64,000 nucleotides of DNA from Puia sp. (GCA_035555335.1 DATMGS010000019.1:77500-141499); one strand, 5' to 3'. Positions 38,697 through 48,874 are shown, numbered from the stretch's first letter. The notes: generated from the sequence alone by a model not told the origin. Numbers and translations are program-made.

Positions 38697-41246
38697 ATGA
38701 AATATGCGATAGAACATATTAAGGAGATCGTGCAGGGAACCTGGCTGCAGTTCCGGAGAAATGATCCGGTAGAACACCTTTTGCTGGATAGCCGCCGGTT
38801 GATCTTTCCCGATACCTCCCTGTTCTTTTCCCTGAAGGGCCCCCGGCGGGATGGGAGCCATTTTATAGAGGAGCTGTACCGGCGGGGAGTGCGGAACTTT
38901 GTGGTGGAGGAAGGCCCTGCCTCCCGCGCAATCGCGGAATCCAGCCCCGCGCCCCACACGATCGCGGAAGCGAATATTATTTTGGTCAAAGATTCCCTGG
39001 CAGCCCTGCAACAGCTGGCTGCTTATCATCGCCGGCAGTTCTCTCTTCCGGTGATCGGCATTACCGGCAGCAATGGCAAGACCATTGTAAAAGAATGGCT
39101 CAACCAGCTCCTGGAAGATAAATACCATATCGTCCGAAGTCCTAAAAGCTATAACTCCCAGATAGGGGTTCCGCTCAGCGTATGGCAACTGAATGAGTCG
39201 CATGAGCTGGCCATCTTCGAAGCGGGTATTTCCCGCCACGGAGAAATGCAGCGGCTGGCCGCCATTATACACCCCACGATCGGACTCTTTACCAATATTG
39301 GCGAAGCGCATAGTGAAGGATTTACCAGCCTGGCGGATAAGGCGGCGGAGAAGCTGCAGTTATTCTCCCAGTCGGAGCTGCTCATTTATAACAAAGATCA
39401 GCCCGGGACGGAGAGGGCCATCCGGGCCTGGCTGGCGACCCGCGAAACGACGGCCCCCCGACTTTTTTCCTGGGGACGGGCGGAGGATGCCACGCTGGTC
39501 ATCCTCGAATCTACAGGGTACGCAACAGGTTCTACTTCCCCTTTAGGGGATAAAGGGGTAACCAGCATTACGGCCCGCTACGAGGGCCGGGAATTCTCCT
39601 TCACCGTACCCTTTACGGATGAGGCTTCCCTGGAAAATATCCTGGCATGCACCTGCGTCCTTTTGCATTTCCGGCAGCCGGTGGACGCTATCCGCAGCAA
39701 GCTGCAACGACTCTCTCCCATCGCCATGCGGCTGGAATTGAAGAACGGCATCAATCACTGCTCCATTATCAACGATAGCTATAGCGCGGACCTCAGTTCG
39801 CTGTCCATTGCCTTGGACTTCCTGTCCCAGCAGCAGCAGCATGCCCGCAGGACCGTCATCCTCTCGGATTTCCTGGAGAGCGGGCTGGAGCAGTCCGCCT
39901 TATATGCCGAAATAGCCCGGGCACTCCGGCAGAAACAGGTAGACCGGCTGGTAGGCGTCGGCAGCAGGATCAGCGCGCATGCGCAGGTTATCGGTCAGTG
40001 GTTCCCGGGAGAGACGGCCTTTTACCCCTCAGTGGACCACTTTAAAAAAGACCTTCATCACCTGCACTTCAGGGACGAAACGATCCTGATCAAAGGAGCA
40101 CGGGTATTCGAGTTCGAAGAGATCGACCGGTGGCTCTCCGAGCAGATCCACCAGACGGTACTGGAGATCAACCTGAACGCCATGGCCCATAATCTGCGCC
40201 AGTACCGGCAGCTGCTGCAGCCTGCCACTAAAATGATGGCGATGGTGAAAGCGTTTGCTTATGGCAGCGGCAGTTATGAGATCGCCAATCTATTGGAATT
40301 CCATGGAGTGGATTACCTGGGCGTAGCCTATGCCGACGAGGGGGTGGTGCTGAGAAAAGCGGGCATCCATATGCCGATCATGGTGATGAATACGGAGGAC
40401 AGCTCCTTCGACTCACTGGTAAAATACAACCTGGAACCGGTGATCTACTCTTTTTCTTTGTTACGGTCCTTTGACAAGTGGCTCAAAAAAGAAGGGATCC
40501 TGCAATTCCCGGTACATATCGAGCTGGAGACGGGTATGAACCGGCTGGGCTTCCCCCTCGAAGAGGTGGGAGAGCTGGGGCCGGCCCTTTTCCAGGCCGC
40601 CTTTAAAGTCCAGAGTGTGTTCAGCCACCTGGCTGCCAGCGAGGAAGCGCAGCAGGACCCTTTCTCCCGTCAGCAGGGCTCGTCCTATCTGGCCGCAGCG
40701 CAAAAGCTGCAGGAATTTCTGCCCTATCCTTTTCTCCGGCATATTGCCAATTCGGCGGCGATCATCCGTCACCCGCAGCTCCAGCTGGACATGGTGCGCC
40801 TTGGCATCGGGCTATATGGCATCGACAGCGCGGATAGCCACCAGCTGGATCTGCTGGAAGTGTCCACGCTGAAGTCGACGATCGCGCAGATCAAACCGCT
40901 CCATGAAGGGGATACTGTCGGCTATAATCGCCGCGGGATCGCCGGACCGCACACCCTTATTGCGACTGTCCGTATCGGATATGCAGACGGCTACCCGCGC
41001 AGCCTGGGCTACGGCAACGGGAAGATGTGGGTCAAGGGACGGCTGGCGCCTGTCATCGGAAGCGTCTGTATGGATATGACGATGATCGATATTACCGGCA
41101 TTCCGGACGTTGAAGAGGGCGATGAGGTCGTGGTCTTTGGCAATGAGCTATCCGTCAACCAATTGGCGCACTGGGCCCAGACAATCCCTTACGAGATCCT
41201 CACCGGCGTGAGCCAACGGGTGAAAAGGGTCTATTTCGAGGAATAA
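38697..41246 (+). CDS. alr: Bifunctional MurF-like ligase / alanine racemase
   Basis: GITGSNGKT (Mur ligase P-loop), INDSYSAD, MVKAFAYG (PLP lysine), GYADG, GSVCMD; start reassigned to 38697. Confidence 0.95.
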   Translation: MKYAIEHIKEIVQGTWLQFRRNDPVEHLLLDSRRLIFPDTSLFFSLKGPRRDGSHFIEELYRRGVRNFVVEEGPASRAIAESSPAPHTIAEANIILVKDSLAALQQLAAYHRRQFSLPVIGITGSNGKTIVKEWLNQLLEDKYHIVRSPKSYNSQIGVPLSVWQLNESHELAIFEAGISRHGEMQRLAAIIHPTIGLFTNIGEAHSEGFTSLADKAAEKLQLFSQSELLIYNKDQPGTERAIRAWLATRETTAPRLFSWGRAEDATLVILESTGYATGSTSPLGDKGVTSITARYEGREFSFTVPFTDEASLENILACTCVLLHFRQPVDAIRSKLQRLSPIAMRLELKNGINHCSIINDSYSADLSSLSIALDFLSQQQQHARRTVILSDFLESGLEQSALYAEIARALRQKQVDRLVGVGSRISAHAQVIGQWFPGETAFYPSVDHFKKDLHHLHFRDETILIKGARVFEFEEIDRWLSEQIHQTVLEINLNAMAHNLRQYRQLLQPATKMMAMVKAFAYGSGSYEIANLLEFHGVDYLGVAYADEGVVLRKAGIHMPIMVMNTEDSSFDSLVKYNLEPVIYSFSLLRSFDKWLKKEGILQFPVHIELETGMNRLGFPLEEVGELGPALFQAAFKVQSVFSHLAASEEAQQDPFSRQQGSSYLAAAQKLQEFLPYPFLRHIANSAAIIRHPQLQLDMVRLGIGLYGIDSADSHQLDLLEVSTLKSTIAQIKPLHEGDTVGYNRRGIAGPHTLIATVRIGYADGYPRSLGYGNGKMWVKGRLAPVIGSVCMDMTMIDITGIPDVEEGDEVVVFGNELSVNQLAHWAQTIPYEILTGVSQRVKRVYFEE

Positions 41247-41275
41247 GAATGACTTTTAGGGTAAGGAATTTGAAG

Positions 41276-41283
41276 TATATTTG
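41276..41283 (+). promoter_or_regulatory. -7 promoter element of lspA
   Basis: TATATTTG upstream of the GTG start. Confidence 0.55.
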
Positions 41284-41302
41284 ATCCTTATAATTTATAA
41301 CA

Positions 41303-42004
41303 GTGAAGGCAAGAAACGTTTTTCTGGTAGTGTTGCTTATTATCGTGGCTGATCAATCGCTGAAGATCTGGGTAAAGACCCATATGCCCCTTAGTCATCC
41401 CCTGGAAATTTACCGGGAGCCGGTGTCTAAGTATGACAATGGGATCAAGCTGCTGGGTAATAAAGGGCAGATCTACTTTGTGGAAAACGAGGGCATGGCC
41501 TGGGGCTGGAAATTCGGGGGCGCCCTCGGTAAGATCGCGCTGACCCTGTTCCGCCTCGTAGCGGTAGTCTTCGGCGTTTATTATATCCATACGGTCATTA
41601 AAAGGCGATATCACCGGGGATTCATTATCTGTGCAGCCCTGATCTTTGCCGGCGCGCTGGGCAACCTGCTCGACAGCATGTTCTATGGCCTGATCTTCGA
41701 AGAGAGCACCTTCGATCACGTCGCAAAAATGTTTCCTCATACGGGATACACCAGCTTCCTGCACGGGCGCGTGGTGGACATGTTATACTTCCCCCTGATA
41801 AAAACGCATTATCCTCATTGGATGCCTTTTGTCGGAGGCGATGAATTCGAATTCTTCAGTCCTGTCTTCAATATCGCCGACGCCTCTATCTCTGTCGGTG
41901 TGATCGCCATCCTCTTATTCCAAAAGAAATTCTTCCACAAAGAACCGGGCAGCGAAACGGCGCCCGTCGAGGGCAAGGCCAATGTAAATACGGTGAGCGT
42001 TTAA
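41303..42004 (+). CDS. lspA: Lipoprotein signal peptidase II
   Basis: ENEGMAWG, GALGNLLD, GRVVDML, VFNIADA. Confidence 0.95.
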   Translation: MKARNVFLVVLLIIVADQSLKIWVKTHMPLSHPLEIYREPVSKYDNGIKLLGNKGQIYFVENEGMAWGWKFGGALGKIALTLFRLVAVVFGVYYIHTVIKRRYHRGFIICAALIFAGALGNLLDSMFYGLIFEESTFDHVAKMFPHTGYTSFLHGRVVDMLYFPLIKTHYPHWMPFVGGDEFEFFSPVFNIADASISVGVIAILLFQKKFFHKEPGSETAPVEGKANVNTVSV

Positions 42005-43341
42005 CCGCCGTATTGGCGGACATCCAAAATAACTTTATCGGGCCGCAAGGTAATTAAAGGCTTTAGCTCCGGGATCTGCCCTGTCGGGCTGATCTGGAAT
42101 TTTGTAAAAAATGCATACAGGAAAAAAGACATCTCCGCCATAGCGAAATTGTTGCCGATGCAGAGCCGGGGTCCGGCGCCAAAGGGGAAGAAATTCTTCG
42201 GTTTCTTTTCTTTGGCATTCTCCGTCAGGAACCTTTCGGGATGGAAGGCAGACTCGTCGTCCCAATATTCTTTGTCCCTGTGTAAGCCATAAAAGAACGA
42301 TAAGATGATCGTGCCGCTGGGAAAGGAATATTCTCCGAACCGGTCGTCTTTCAGCGCGACCCTATCCGTCATCCAGGCTGCCGGATACAGCCGCATGCCT
42401 TCATTGATGACGGCGGCTATATACTCGTCTTTTACACTGTCCTGAATGGACCGGGCCTCCATCGAAGCCCTTAATTTTTTGACCACCTCCGGCTCCGATG
42501 CCAGGGCGTATAGCAGCCAGCTAAGCGTATTGGCGACGGTCTCATGTCCCGCAAAGATCAATACCAGGATCTGGTCGATGAGCTGCTCTTCGGGTATCGG
42601 CAGGCCGCTGTCTTCATATCTTGTATGCAGGAGAATGTCCAGCAGGTCGCTGAAGGCGTCCTTACTGGCCCGGCGCTCTTCTATGATGCCTTTCAGAATG
42701 GCTCTCATTCTCGCCGACTTTTGGAGGTTGCGCTTGTCCGCATGGTTGAAGGGATAGAAGAGCCTCCTGACGGGTTGATTGATCTCCTTGATATAAAAAT
42801 CCTGCACTTCGCTGAAGGTCCGGCTTAATTCCGTCATCGTATCGGAAGAGAGATGGATGGTAAACAGGGAGCTGATGACAATATTAAACGCCAGTTGATG
42901 CACCAGGGGATAGATATCGATACTGGCTCCGGTGGGAAAGGTGGACAGGGATTTTTCAATGGAGTCGATCATGATGCCATACAGACCCTGTATTTTTTCC
43001 CGGTGAAAGCCAGGTTGTACGAGCCGACGGTGTGTCAACCAGTCTTCTCCATTGGAAAAGAGAAATCCTTTTCCAAAATATTTGGCGGCCCTCTCGGCTG
43101 TCAGCGATGATTTATGATAGTTACTGTGGTTCTCCTTGAGGACATAGTTGATGAAGGCCGGGTCCTGGGTCAGAATGAGGTGGTATTTCCGCAGGGTGGC
43201 TACGGAATAGGTGCCGGAAAACTTAGCCATATTCAGGGAGACGAATTTGATCGGGTTGGACAAAAACCGGTAAGATCGCAGGATCGATTGGAAGGCAGAA
43301 TAGCCGGCGGGTAAATGATAGGTTTTATTTTCGGTATTCAT
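42001..43341 (-). CDS. Cytochrome P450
   Basis: I-helix AGHETV, EGMR (ExxR), FHPERF, FGAGPRLCIG heme motif. Confidence 0.96.
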   Translation of the reverse strand: MNTENKTYHLPAGYSAFQSILRSYRFLSNPIKFVSLNMAKFSGTYSVATLRKYHLILTQDPAFINYVLKENHSNYHKSSLTAERAAKYFGKGFLFSNGEDWLTHRRLVQPGFHREKIQGLYGIMIDSIEKSLSTFPTGASIDIYPLVHQLAFNIVISSLFTIHLSSDTMTELSRTFSEVQDFYIKEINQPVRRLFYPFNHADKRNLQKSARMRAILKGIIEERRASKDAFSDLLDILLHTRYEDSGLPIPEEQLIDQILVLIFAGHETVANTLSWLLYALASEPEVVKKLRASMEARSIQDSVKDEYIAAVINEGMRLYPAAWMTDRVALKDDRFGEYSFPSGTIILSFFYGLHRDKEYWDDESAFHPERFLTENAKEKKPKNFFPFGAGPRLCIGNNFAMAEMSFFLYAFFTKFQISPTGQIPELKPLITLRPDKVILDVRQYGG

Positions 43342-43418
43342 ATTGATAAAATTTAAGATGCGAAAGAGCTGCTGAATCGAAGTTACGACGGGAATAGCGA
43401 TCAGGGGTACTCTAAATA

Positions 43419-43456
43419 AAAACCCCCGGAGAATAAATTATCTCCAGGGATCTTTT
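43419..43456 (-). terminator. Probable terminator of the T9SS gene
   Basis: Minus strand CCTGGAGATAATTTATTCTCCGGGGGTTTTT imperfect hairpin plus U-tract. Confidence 0.55.
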
Positions 43457-43480
43457 ACAAACTAACGGAGCTCTAAATAC

Positions 43481-46213
43481 TTATTTCGAAAATTTTACCA
43501 TTTTCTCACTGATCATTTTATCGGCATACTGGATTTGCAGCACGTAAGTACCATTGGTCAGCCCCCCCAATCCATAAAGAGAGAGCCCATTGAGGCCCTG
43601 CGATACAGGAGCTTTTTCGCGTCGGACCACCCGTCCGTACATATCGGTCAGCCTGATCACCACCGTGCCATCACCCGGGGTCGTCAGCTCCATCGTGATA
43701 TGGTCGGAGAAAGGATTGACCACGCTCCTGATCTCGAAACCGATCCCCGCAGTGCCCAGCAGGACCAGGCTGCTATAACGGTGCGTATTGTCGCTGGTGA
43801 TATTGATGCGGTAATAGGATTGTGCGGCGGGCGGATTGGGGTCTGTGTAATGATACCCCGCACCCTGTCCGGCGCCGGCTGTACCTTTCACGAAGCCGAT
43901 GGACGTAAAATTGACACCATCGTCACTACGCTCGACGATATAACCGACATCGGCCGTCTCATCGGCGCTTACCCATTGCAGCGCACTCAACCCTTCCCGT
44001 ACCTGTCCGCGAAAAGAGATCAGCGTAGTAGGCAGCACGATCATACAATTGACGGCAAGTACGATCTTGGGCGATAGGGTTATAAAAGAACAACTACTGC
44101 TGCTTAAATTGGCAGTGGTGCTGGCAACGGTGATCCGGTACATAAGATAGGTATTGACTGCGTTGAGCCGGAAATAGCGGGTAATGATATATTCATACTG
44201 ACCGGTCGCTGAATTATACACCGGTACAGCGCTACCCGATGCGGCGGCTCCCGTCGTATCGACCCCGACGGTCACCCAGGTGGTCCCCCCGTCCGTGCTT
44301 TTCTCCATCTTCCATTCCGTATAGTTGGAAAAATAGGAAATGACCTTAAAACGGACCGTATCGTCCGCGCCCTGGCAAAGGGTATCGGGTTTGTTAGGCG
44401 TCAGCACCATTTGAGGCGAACAGCTGGCTACGCCGATGTCATCGATGGCCCAGTCATTACCACCGCCACCGGGGGCATTGTTCCGGATGCTGATAACCAT
44501 CGTAGTCTGGGTCGCGCCCGTCAGGAAAGTAAACCCTTTCTGTACCCACTGGCCGCTATATTGTATATTCCCCGTGGTATAATAATCATACCCGTTCACA
44601 TTAAAGGTCAGGTTGGGGTATACGCCCGAAGAGTCATGGGTGGTGGAATTCGTAGGGATATAACCCGAACTGCCGGATCCGACGCCATTCGAGTCACATC
44701 CGCAGCGGGAACACATATTGCGGAACCAGCCGCTATACTGGTAGTACGTATTCGGACATAGATTATAGACGGTGTCCAGGAAAGCTGTATCCGTCCGGTA
44801 AGCGGAGTTGACCACAACCATATAACCACCCGTCTTGCCCGAGTTGTCATCCGTTGCAGGATTACCCGCGGTAGGACTGGCCGCTCCGGTATGGTCGCCG
44901 ATAATATCCCATACACCGAATATCCGGTGGGAAGGGCTCTGGGAATTGTCCGGCTTGGCCCAGGTATTCAGGATCGAATAACCCTGCGCCGCCGTGGTGC
45001 CGCCGCTCGTATTATTGGATATGCCATAATAATAGTCATTCGGCATGCCCGCGCTGCTCGAAAAAGCGGAATAGGTATAATTGGACGGCACTTTATTGGA
45101 AGCCGCCCGGTCCTTGGTGCTCCCCGACCCGAAAGTGCCGCCGAATTCATTGATGATCGCATTGCTTCCAACCGTATTCGGGCACATGCCGTAATTCTTA
45201 AAGAGCATGATATCATCCTTCGGAAAGGTGACCTGGACCATGCCCGTAGTATTGTTGTATTGGAGCATGCCGGCACCCACACTCACCACGGTATTATACC
45301 CCACAGCCCCTACCACTACCCGGTAAGAAGCTATCATGATACAGGAGCCGCCGTAAAAACTAGGTTTGCTGGTATTGGCTAAGATCCCCCCGGCAGTGGC
45401 GGTAGCCCCGGATCCCAGGTTGATCGTGATGGCCGAGCCCGAGAGAGTACCCCCGTCCGCATCGGAGGCATCGGTAAATTGCTGGTATATTTTGCCTTCA
45501 TTCGTCAACACCCGGAGCGTACCGGCCTGATAGGTCGTATTGGCGGGGATATTATCGGTAAAGGAACAATCATAAGCTGAATTGGCTTTCACGACAATGG
45601 TAGCTCTAATCTCCAGGGTGTCTCCCGGCTCAATCGTACCCCCGGTGGTCCCTTTGGTAATATTTAAATAGCTTTTGCCGTAATCGACGGTAGGAACACC
45701 CGTCGTCAGATTGGTGATACAGATGTTGAACCCCCAGAGTCCTGTCGTAAAAGGCCCCGTTGAATTGGTATAGATCCGGATGTAATAGGTCGTACCTACC
45801 GTAAGACCAGCGCCGCCGATGTTCGTTAGCACATTGAGCGTATTCCCGCTCACACAGGCGAGGGAAGTCATGCTTGCACAGGTCCCTGAAAATAATTGGA
45901 TCCTTGCTCCTGCAGCACTAAGACTCCCTCCTAAACTGCTTAAAGTAATAGTGGGATAAGAACTGGTTGCCACAAATGAATACCATACGTCCGCGGAAGT
46001 AGCCGCACCGCAGTTCACGGCTATCCCCACACTGGCGGTGGCATTTTTTAAGGTGCCGGCTGTAGTCGTACAGGTGGTGCCGGAGGTGAGCGTAGAAGCA
46101 CCAGAGCAAAGGTCATTTGTTGGTTGTGCATAAGCCAGGTTGCTTACCAGGAAAAAGATCACTAAAGCAAGCAGGGCTTTGACTGTGCGTACAGAACAGA
46201 GCTTGGTTTTCAT
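43481..46213 (-). CDS. Large T9SS type A sorting domain surface protein (DUF11-like and lectin-like modules)
   Basis: Signal peptide; QPTNDLCSGA module; GGTIEPGDTLEI DUF11-like motif; DHT..GYMVVVN module; LTNGTYVLQI C-terminal domain. Confidence 0.82.
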   Translation of the reverse strand: MKTKLCSVRTVKALLALVIFFLVSNLAYAQPTNDLCSGASTLTSGTTCTTTAGTLKNATASVGIAVNCGAATSADVWYSFVATSSYPTITLSSLGGSLSAAGARIQLFSGTCASMTSLACVSGNTLNVLTNIGGAGLTVGTTYYIRIYTNSTGPFTTGLWGFNICITNLTTGVPTVDYGKSYLNITKGTTGGTIEPGDTLEIRATIVVKANSAYDCSFTDNIPANTTYQAGTLRVLTNEGKIYQQFTDASDADGGTLSGSAITINLGSGATATAGGILANTSKPSFYGGSCIMIASYRVVVGAVGYNTVVSVGAGMLQYNNTTGMVQVTFPKDDIMLFKNYGMCPNTVGSNAIINEFGGTFGSGSTKDRAASNKVPSNYTYSAFSSSAGMPNDYYYGISNNTSGGTTAAQGYSILNTWAKPDNSQSPSHRIFGVWDIIGDHTGAASPTAGNPATDDNSGKTGGYMVVVNSAYRTDTAFLDTVYNLCPNTYYQYSGWFRNMCSRCGCDSNGVGSGSSGYIPTNSTTHDSSGVYPNLTFNVNGYDYYTTGNIQYSGQWVQKGFTFLTGATQTTMVISIRNNAPGGGGNDWAIDDIGVASCSPQMVLTPNKPDTLCQGADDTVRFKVISYFSNYTEWKMEKSTDGGTTWVTVGVDTTGAAASGSAVPVYNSATGQYEYIITRYFRLNAVNTYLMYRITVASTTANLSSSSCSFITLSPKIVLAVNCMIVLPTTLISFRGQVREGLSALQWVSADETADVGYIVERSDDGVNFTSIGFVKGTAGAGQGAGYHYTDPNPPAAQSYYRINITSDNTHRYSSLVLLGTAGIGFEIRSVVNPFSDHITMELTTPGDGTVVIRLTDMYGRVVRREKAPVSQGLNGLSLYGLGGLTNGTYVLQIQYADKMISEKMVKFSK

Positions 46214-46446
46214 GGGTCACAGCATTTCAAGAGTTATCGGATTGTAACGGCCATAGACAGTTGATGCTGCCTGTGGTAAGTTTGGAAGGTCCCTTGGTCA
46301 GGTTCCTTCAACGGATTAAATTATTGGTAAAGTTAATCTGTATTTTGTAGGTAGGCAATCGTATAAATACCACAAAGACAGGAAAAACTACTATTCCAGA
46401 TCTAAGGGCAATCGATTATCTTGTCGTTGTTCTAATCCTATTCCTG

Positions 46447-48231
46447 ATGAAAAGCAGACCAATTTATATTTGTTGTCTTTCGGCCTGCCTGTGCCTATCT
46501 CTGAATCTTTCTGCTCAAATGACCGTAACATATTATGGTCAGACTTTTAAAATCGACACTTTATACCCCGCCACCGGGTCAACGGGAATGAATACGCCCT
46601 GGGAGGTCGTTTATGGTCCGGACGATTCCTTATGGGTGACGGCAGCCCATGATTATAAGATCTGGAAGATCCATCCGGGGAATAAAGGAGTCCGTGAACT
46701 GCTGGATGTCAATGGCCTAAAAGACTTTACAAGCCCCGCCTCCTGGCCCCAGGGCGGGTTAATGGGCCTGGCTATACACCCCGCATTCTATTCGGGCAAG
46801 CCATGGGTCTATTTTGCGTATGTCTATCACCTGGTGGGTTGTAACACCGGCAGCAACCCCACCGGCAATCCGTTCTGCACCAACTGCGCCACTGGGTCCT
46901 GCAGCTTTAACACCAAAATCGTCCGTTACCAATATAATTTTGCGGATGGCTCCTTATCCTATATGAACGATGTGATCTCCGGGCTGAATGGGAGCACCGA
47001 TCATAATTCCGGCCGAATCCGGATCAGTCCGCTTACGGAGAGCGATGGGAAATATCATCTTTATTATACGATCGGGGATATGGGGGCGGGTAACCTGTCA
47101 AATGCCAACCGGCCTAATCATGCCCAGGATACCACTATCATAGAAGGAAAAGTATTAAGGCTGAATACGGAGCCGGATCTTTCATTGACTGGCAGTCAGC
47201 AATGGGTCCCGGGTGATAATCCCTTTCCGGAGGGCGCGGCCCCCTCCGCTAAAAGCCCTATATATTCTTTTGGTCACCGTAATCCCCAGGGGCTGGTCTT
47301 CGGCTCCGTGAACGGGGGCGCCTCCTATAATTTGTACAGCAGCGAGCATGGGGATAAGTCGGATGACGAGGTGAATATCATTTTACCCCATACCAATTAC
47401 GGCTGGCCAAAAGTAGCCGGCCTCTGCGATGATAATTATACTTCGACGAACGGGGATTCCATGTACCTGGCGAATAAATCCGTTATCAGTGAAAAGGGGT
47501 TTTGCGATACGACGCACACTACGTTGCAGGAGCCGATTTTCTCTTTTTATAACTGGAGCCGGGCTAATAATAAGACTTCGGGAGCGCAGGGAAATATGTA
47601 CTGGCCTACTATTGCCCCGTCCTCTATTGCCTTCTATGGACAGGGAGCTATCCCGGGCTGGAATTATTCCCTGCTGGTGCCTTCTCTGAAGAATGGTCTT
47701 TTCCGGTTAAAATTAAAACCGGACGGGCTCAGCATCGACAGTACGCAGTTGCCTACCGATACCCTCCATTATCTGCCGGGTTTTCGGTTACGGAATATCA
47801 CGGTGGCGCCTTCCGGAGATACGCTGTTTGTAGCGGTAGACAATTCCTGTTGTGCGATCGATGCTTCCGGAACGCTGGGCACGTCCGTATCCACCCCCCC
47901 GGATAAGGGGTTTATCCTGCGGATGGTGTATATGACGACCCTGGACCTGAAGGGGGATACAAATAAAATACTGCCGGAACCTACTCTGACCACCTGTAAG
48001 GTATATCCGAATCCAGCCCACAAGACCCTCTATGTGGAAGTCCCCCCGGGGGAGCGCCGGCCTCTGACAGCGGGTCTCTATGATATCACGGGCAGACTCC
48101 TTCTGCGGATGGAGACGGCCGACGATCATTGTTCTCTCGACGTTCATGCTCTTTTGCCCGGGATCTATGTTTTCCGGCTCCTGAATGGGTATGCGGTACC
48201 GTTGCTTACCGAGAAGATATTGATCGAATAA
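46447..48231 (+). CDS. PQQ-dependent sugar (glucose/sorbosone) dehydrogenase with T9SS sorting domain
   Basis: PWEVVYGPD, GGLMGLAIHP, HNSGR, YSFGHRNPQGL, SEHG..DDEVN, NYGWP; VYPNPA...LLPGIYVF C-terminal domain. Confidence 0.88.
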   Translation: MKSRPIYICCLSACLCLSLNLSAQMTVTYYGQTFKIDTLYPATGSTGMNTPWEVVYGPDDSLWVTAAHDYKIWKIHPGNKGVRELLDVNGLKDFTSPASWPQGGLMGLAIHPAFYSGKPWVYFAYVYHLVGCNTGSNPTGNPFCTNCATGSCSFNTKIVRYQYNFADGSLSYMNDVISGLNGSTDHNSGRIRISPLTESDGKYHLYYTIGDMGAGNLSNANRPNHAQDTTIIEGKVLRLNTEPDLSLTGSQQWVPGDNPFPEGAAPSAKSPIYSFGHRNPQGLVFGSVNGGASYNLYSSEHGDKSDDEVNIILPHTNYGWPKVAGLCDDNYTSTNGDSMYLANKSVISEKGFCDTTHTTLQEPIFSFYNWSRANNKTSGAQGNMYWPTIAPSSIAFYGQGAIPGWNYSLLVPSLKNGLFRLKLKPDGLSIDSTQLPTDTLHYLPGFRLRNITVAPSGDTLFVAVDNSCCAIDASGTLGTSVSTPPDKGFILRMVYMTTLDLKGDTNKILPEPTLTTCKVYPNPAHKTLYVEVPPGERRPLTAGLYDITGRLLLRMETADDHCSLDVHALLPGIYVFRLLNGYAVPLLTEKILIE

Positions 48232-48337
48232 GTTTAACGGTGTCTTAACGCCGGTTGTTTCGTTCGTGGCGGGGAAATGACCGGTATAAGGGTAAACCAC
48301 TCCCTATTTATCTGTGCATTTGGCTAAATTTGCAGAA

Positions 48338-48874
48338 ATGGTGTTATCGGCTATGATGGTCCTGCATCTTCTTTTTTTTATAGAGGTGGTTTGTTTTTTG
48401 GCGGGGTGCCTGTTTTGGCGAAAGCAGTGGCCGCTGCAATATAAGATGCTGGTCCTGTTGATGGGTTTAACGGTGTTGGTGGAACTGGCCGGCCGCATCC
48501 TGGGAATCCGGTACCACCAGAATGTCTGGCTGTACAATCTTTTCTTGCCGCTGGAGTCCGCTTCTTATATCTGCTTTTTCTACCTGGAATCAGCCCACCC
48601 GGCCATGAAGTGGCTGTATCGTTGTCTGCTGGCGGCGATCGTCCCGGCCCTGGTGATCACCTGGCTTAAACAGCCGCATTTTTTCATTTTTAATCAGTAT
48701 GGATATATTGCCGGCCTGTTCCTGCTATTGGTGGCGGCAGCATTGATCTATCTGGCAGAAATACCGCACTTGTATTTAGAAATAGTGAATACCATCGCCA
48801 ACATCTTTCTATACGGGGGCGTGACAGGCTGCTTCTTCACGGCCAGTCAGCCGGCCAAATTTACCACTTTGTAG
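48338..48874 (+). CDS. Hypothetical polytopic membrane protein, possibly internally deleted
   Basis: TAAATTTG promoter element at 48325-48332 supports the ATG at 48338; hydrophobic helices with NVWLYNLF motif. Confidence 0.6.
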   Translation: MVLSAMMVLHLLFFIEVVCFLAGCLFWRKQWPLQYKMLVLLMGLTVLVELAGRILGIRYHQNVWLYNLFLPLESASYICFFYLESAHPAMKWLYRCLLAAIVPALVITWLKQPHFFIFNQYGYIAGLFLLLVAAALIYLAEIPHLYLEIVNTIANIFLYGGVTGCFFTASQPAKFTTL

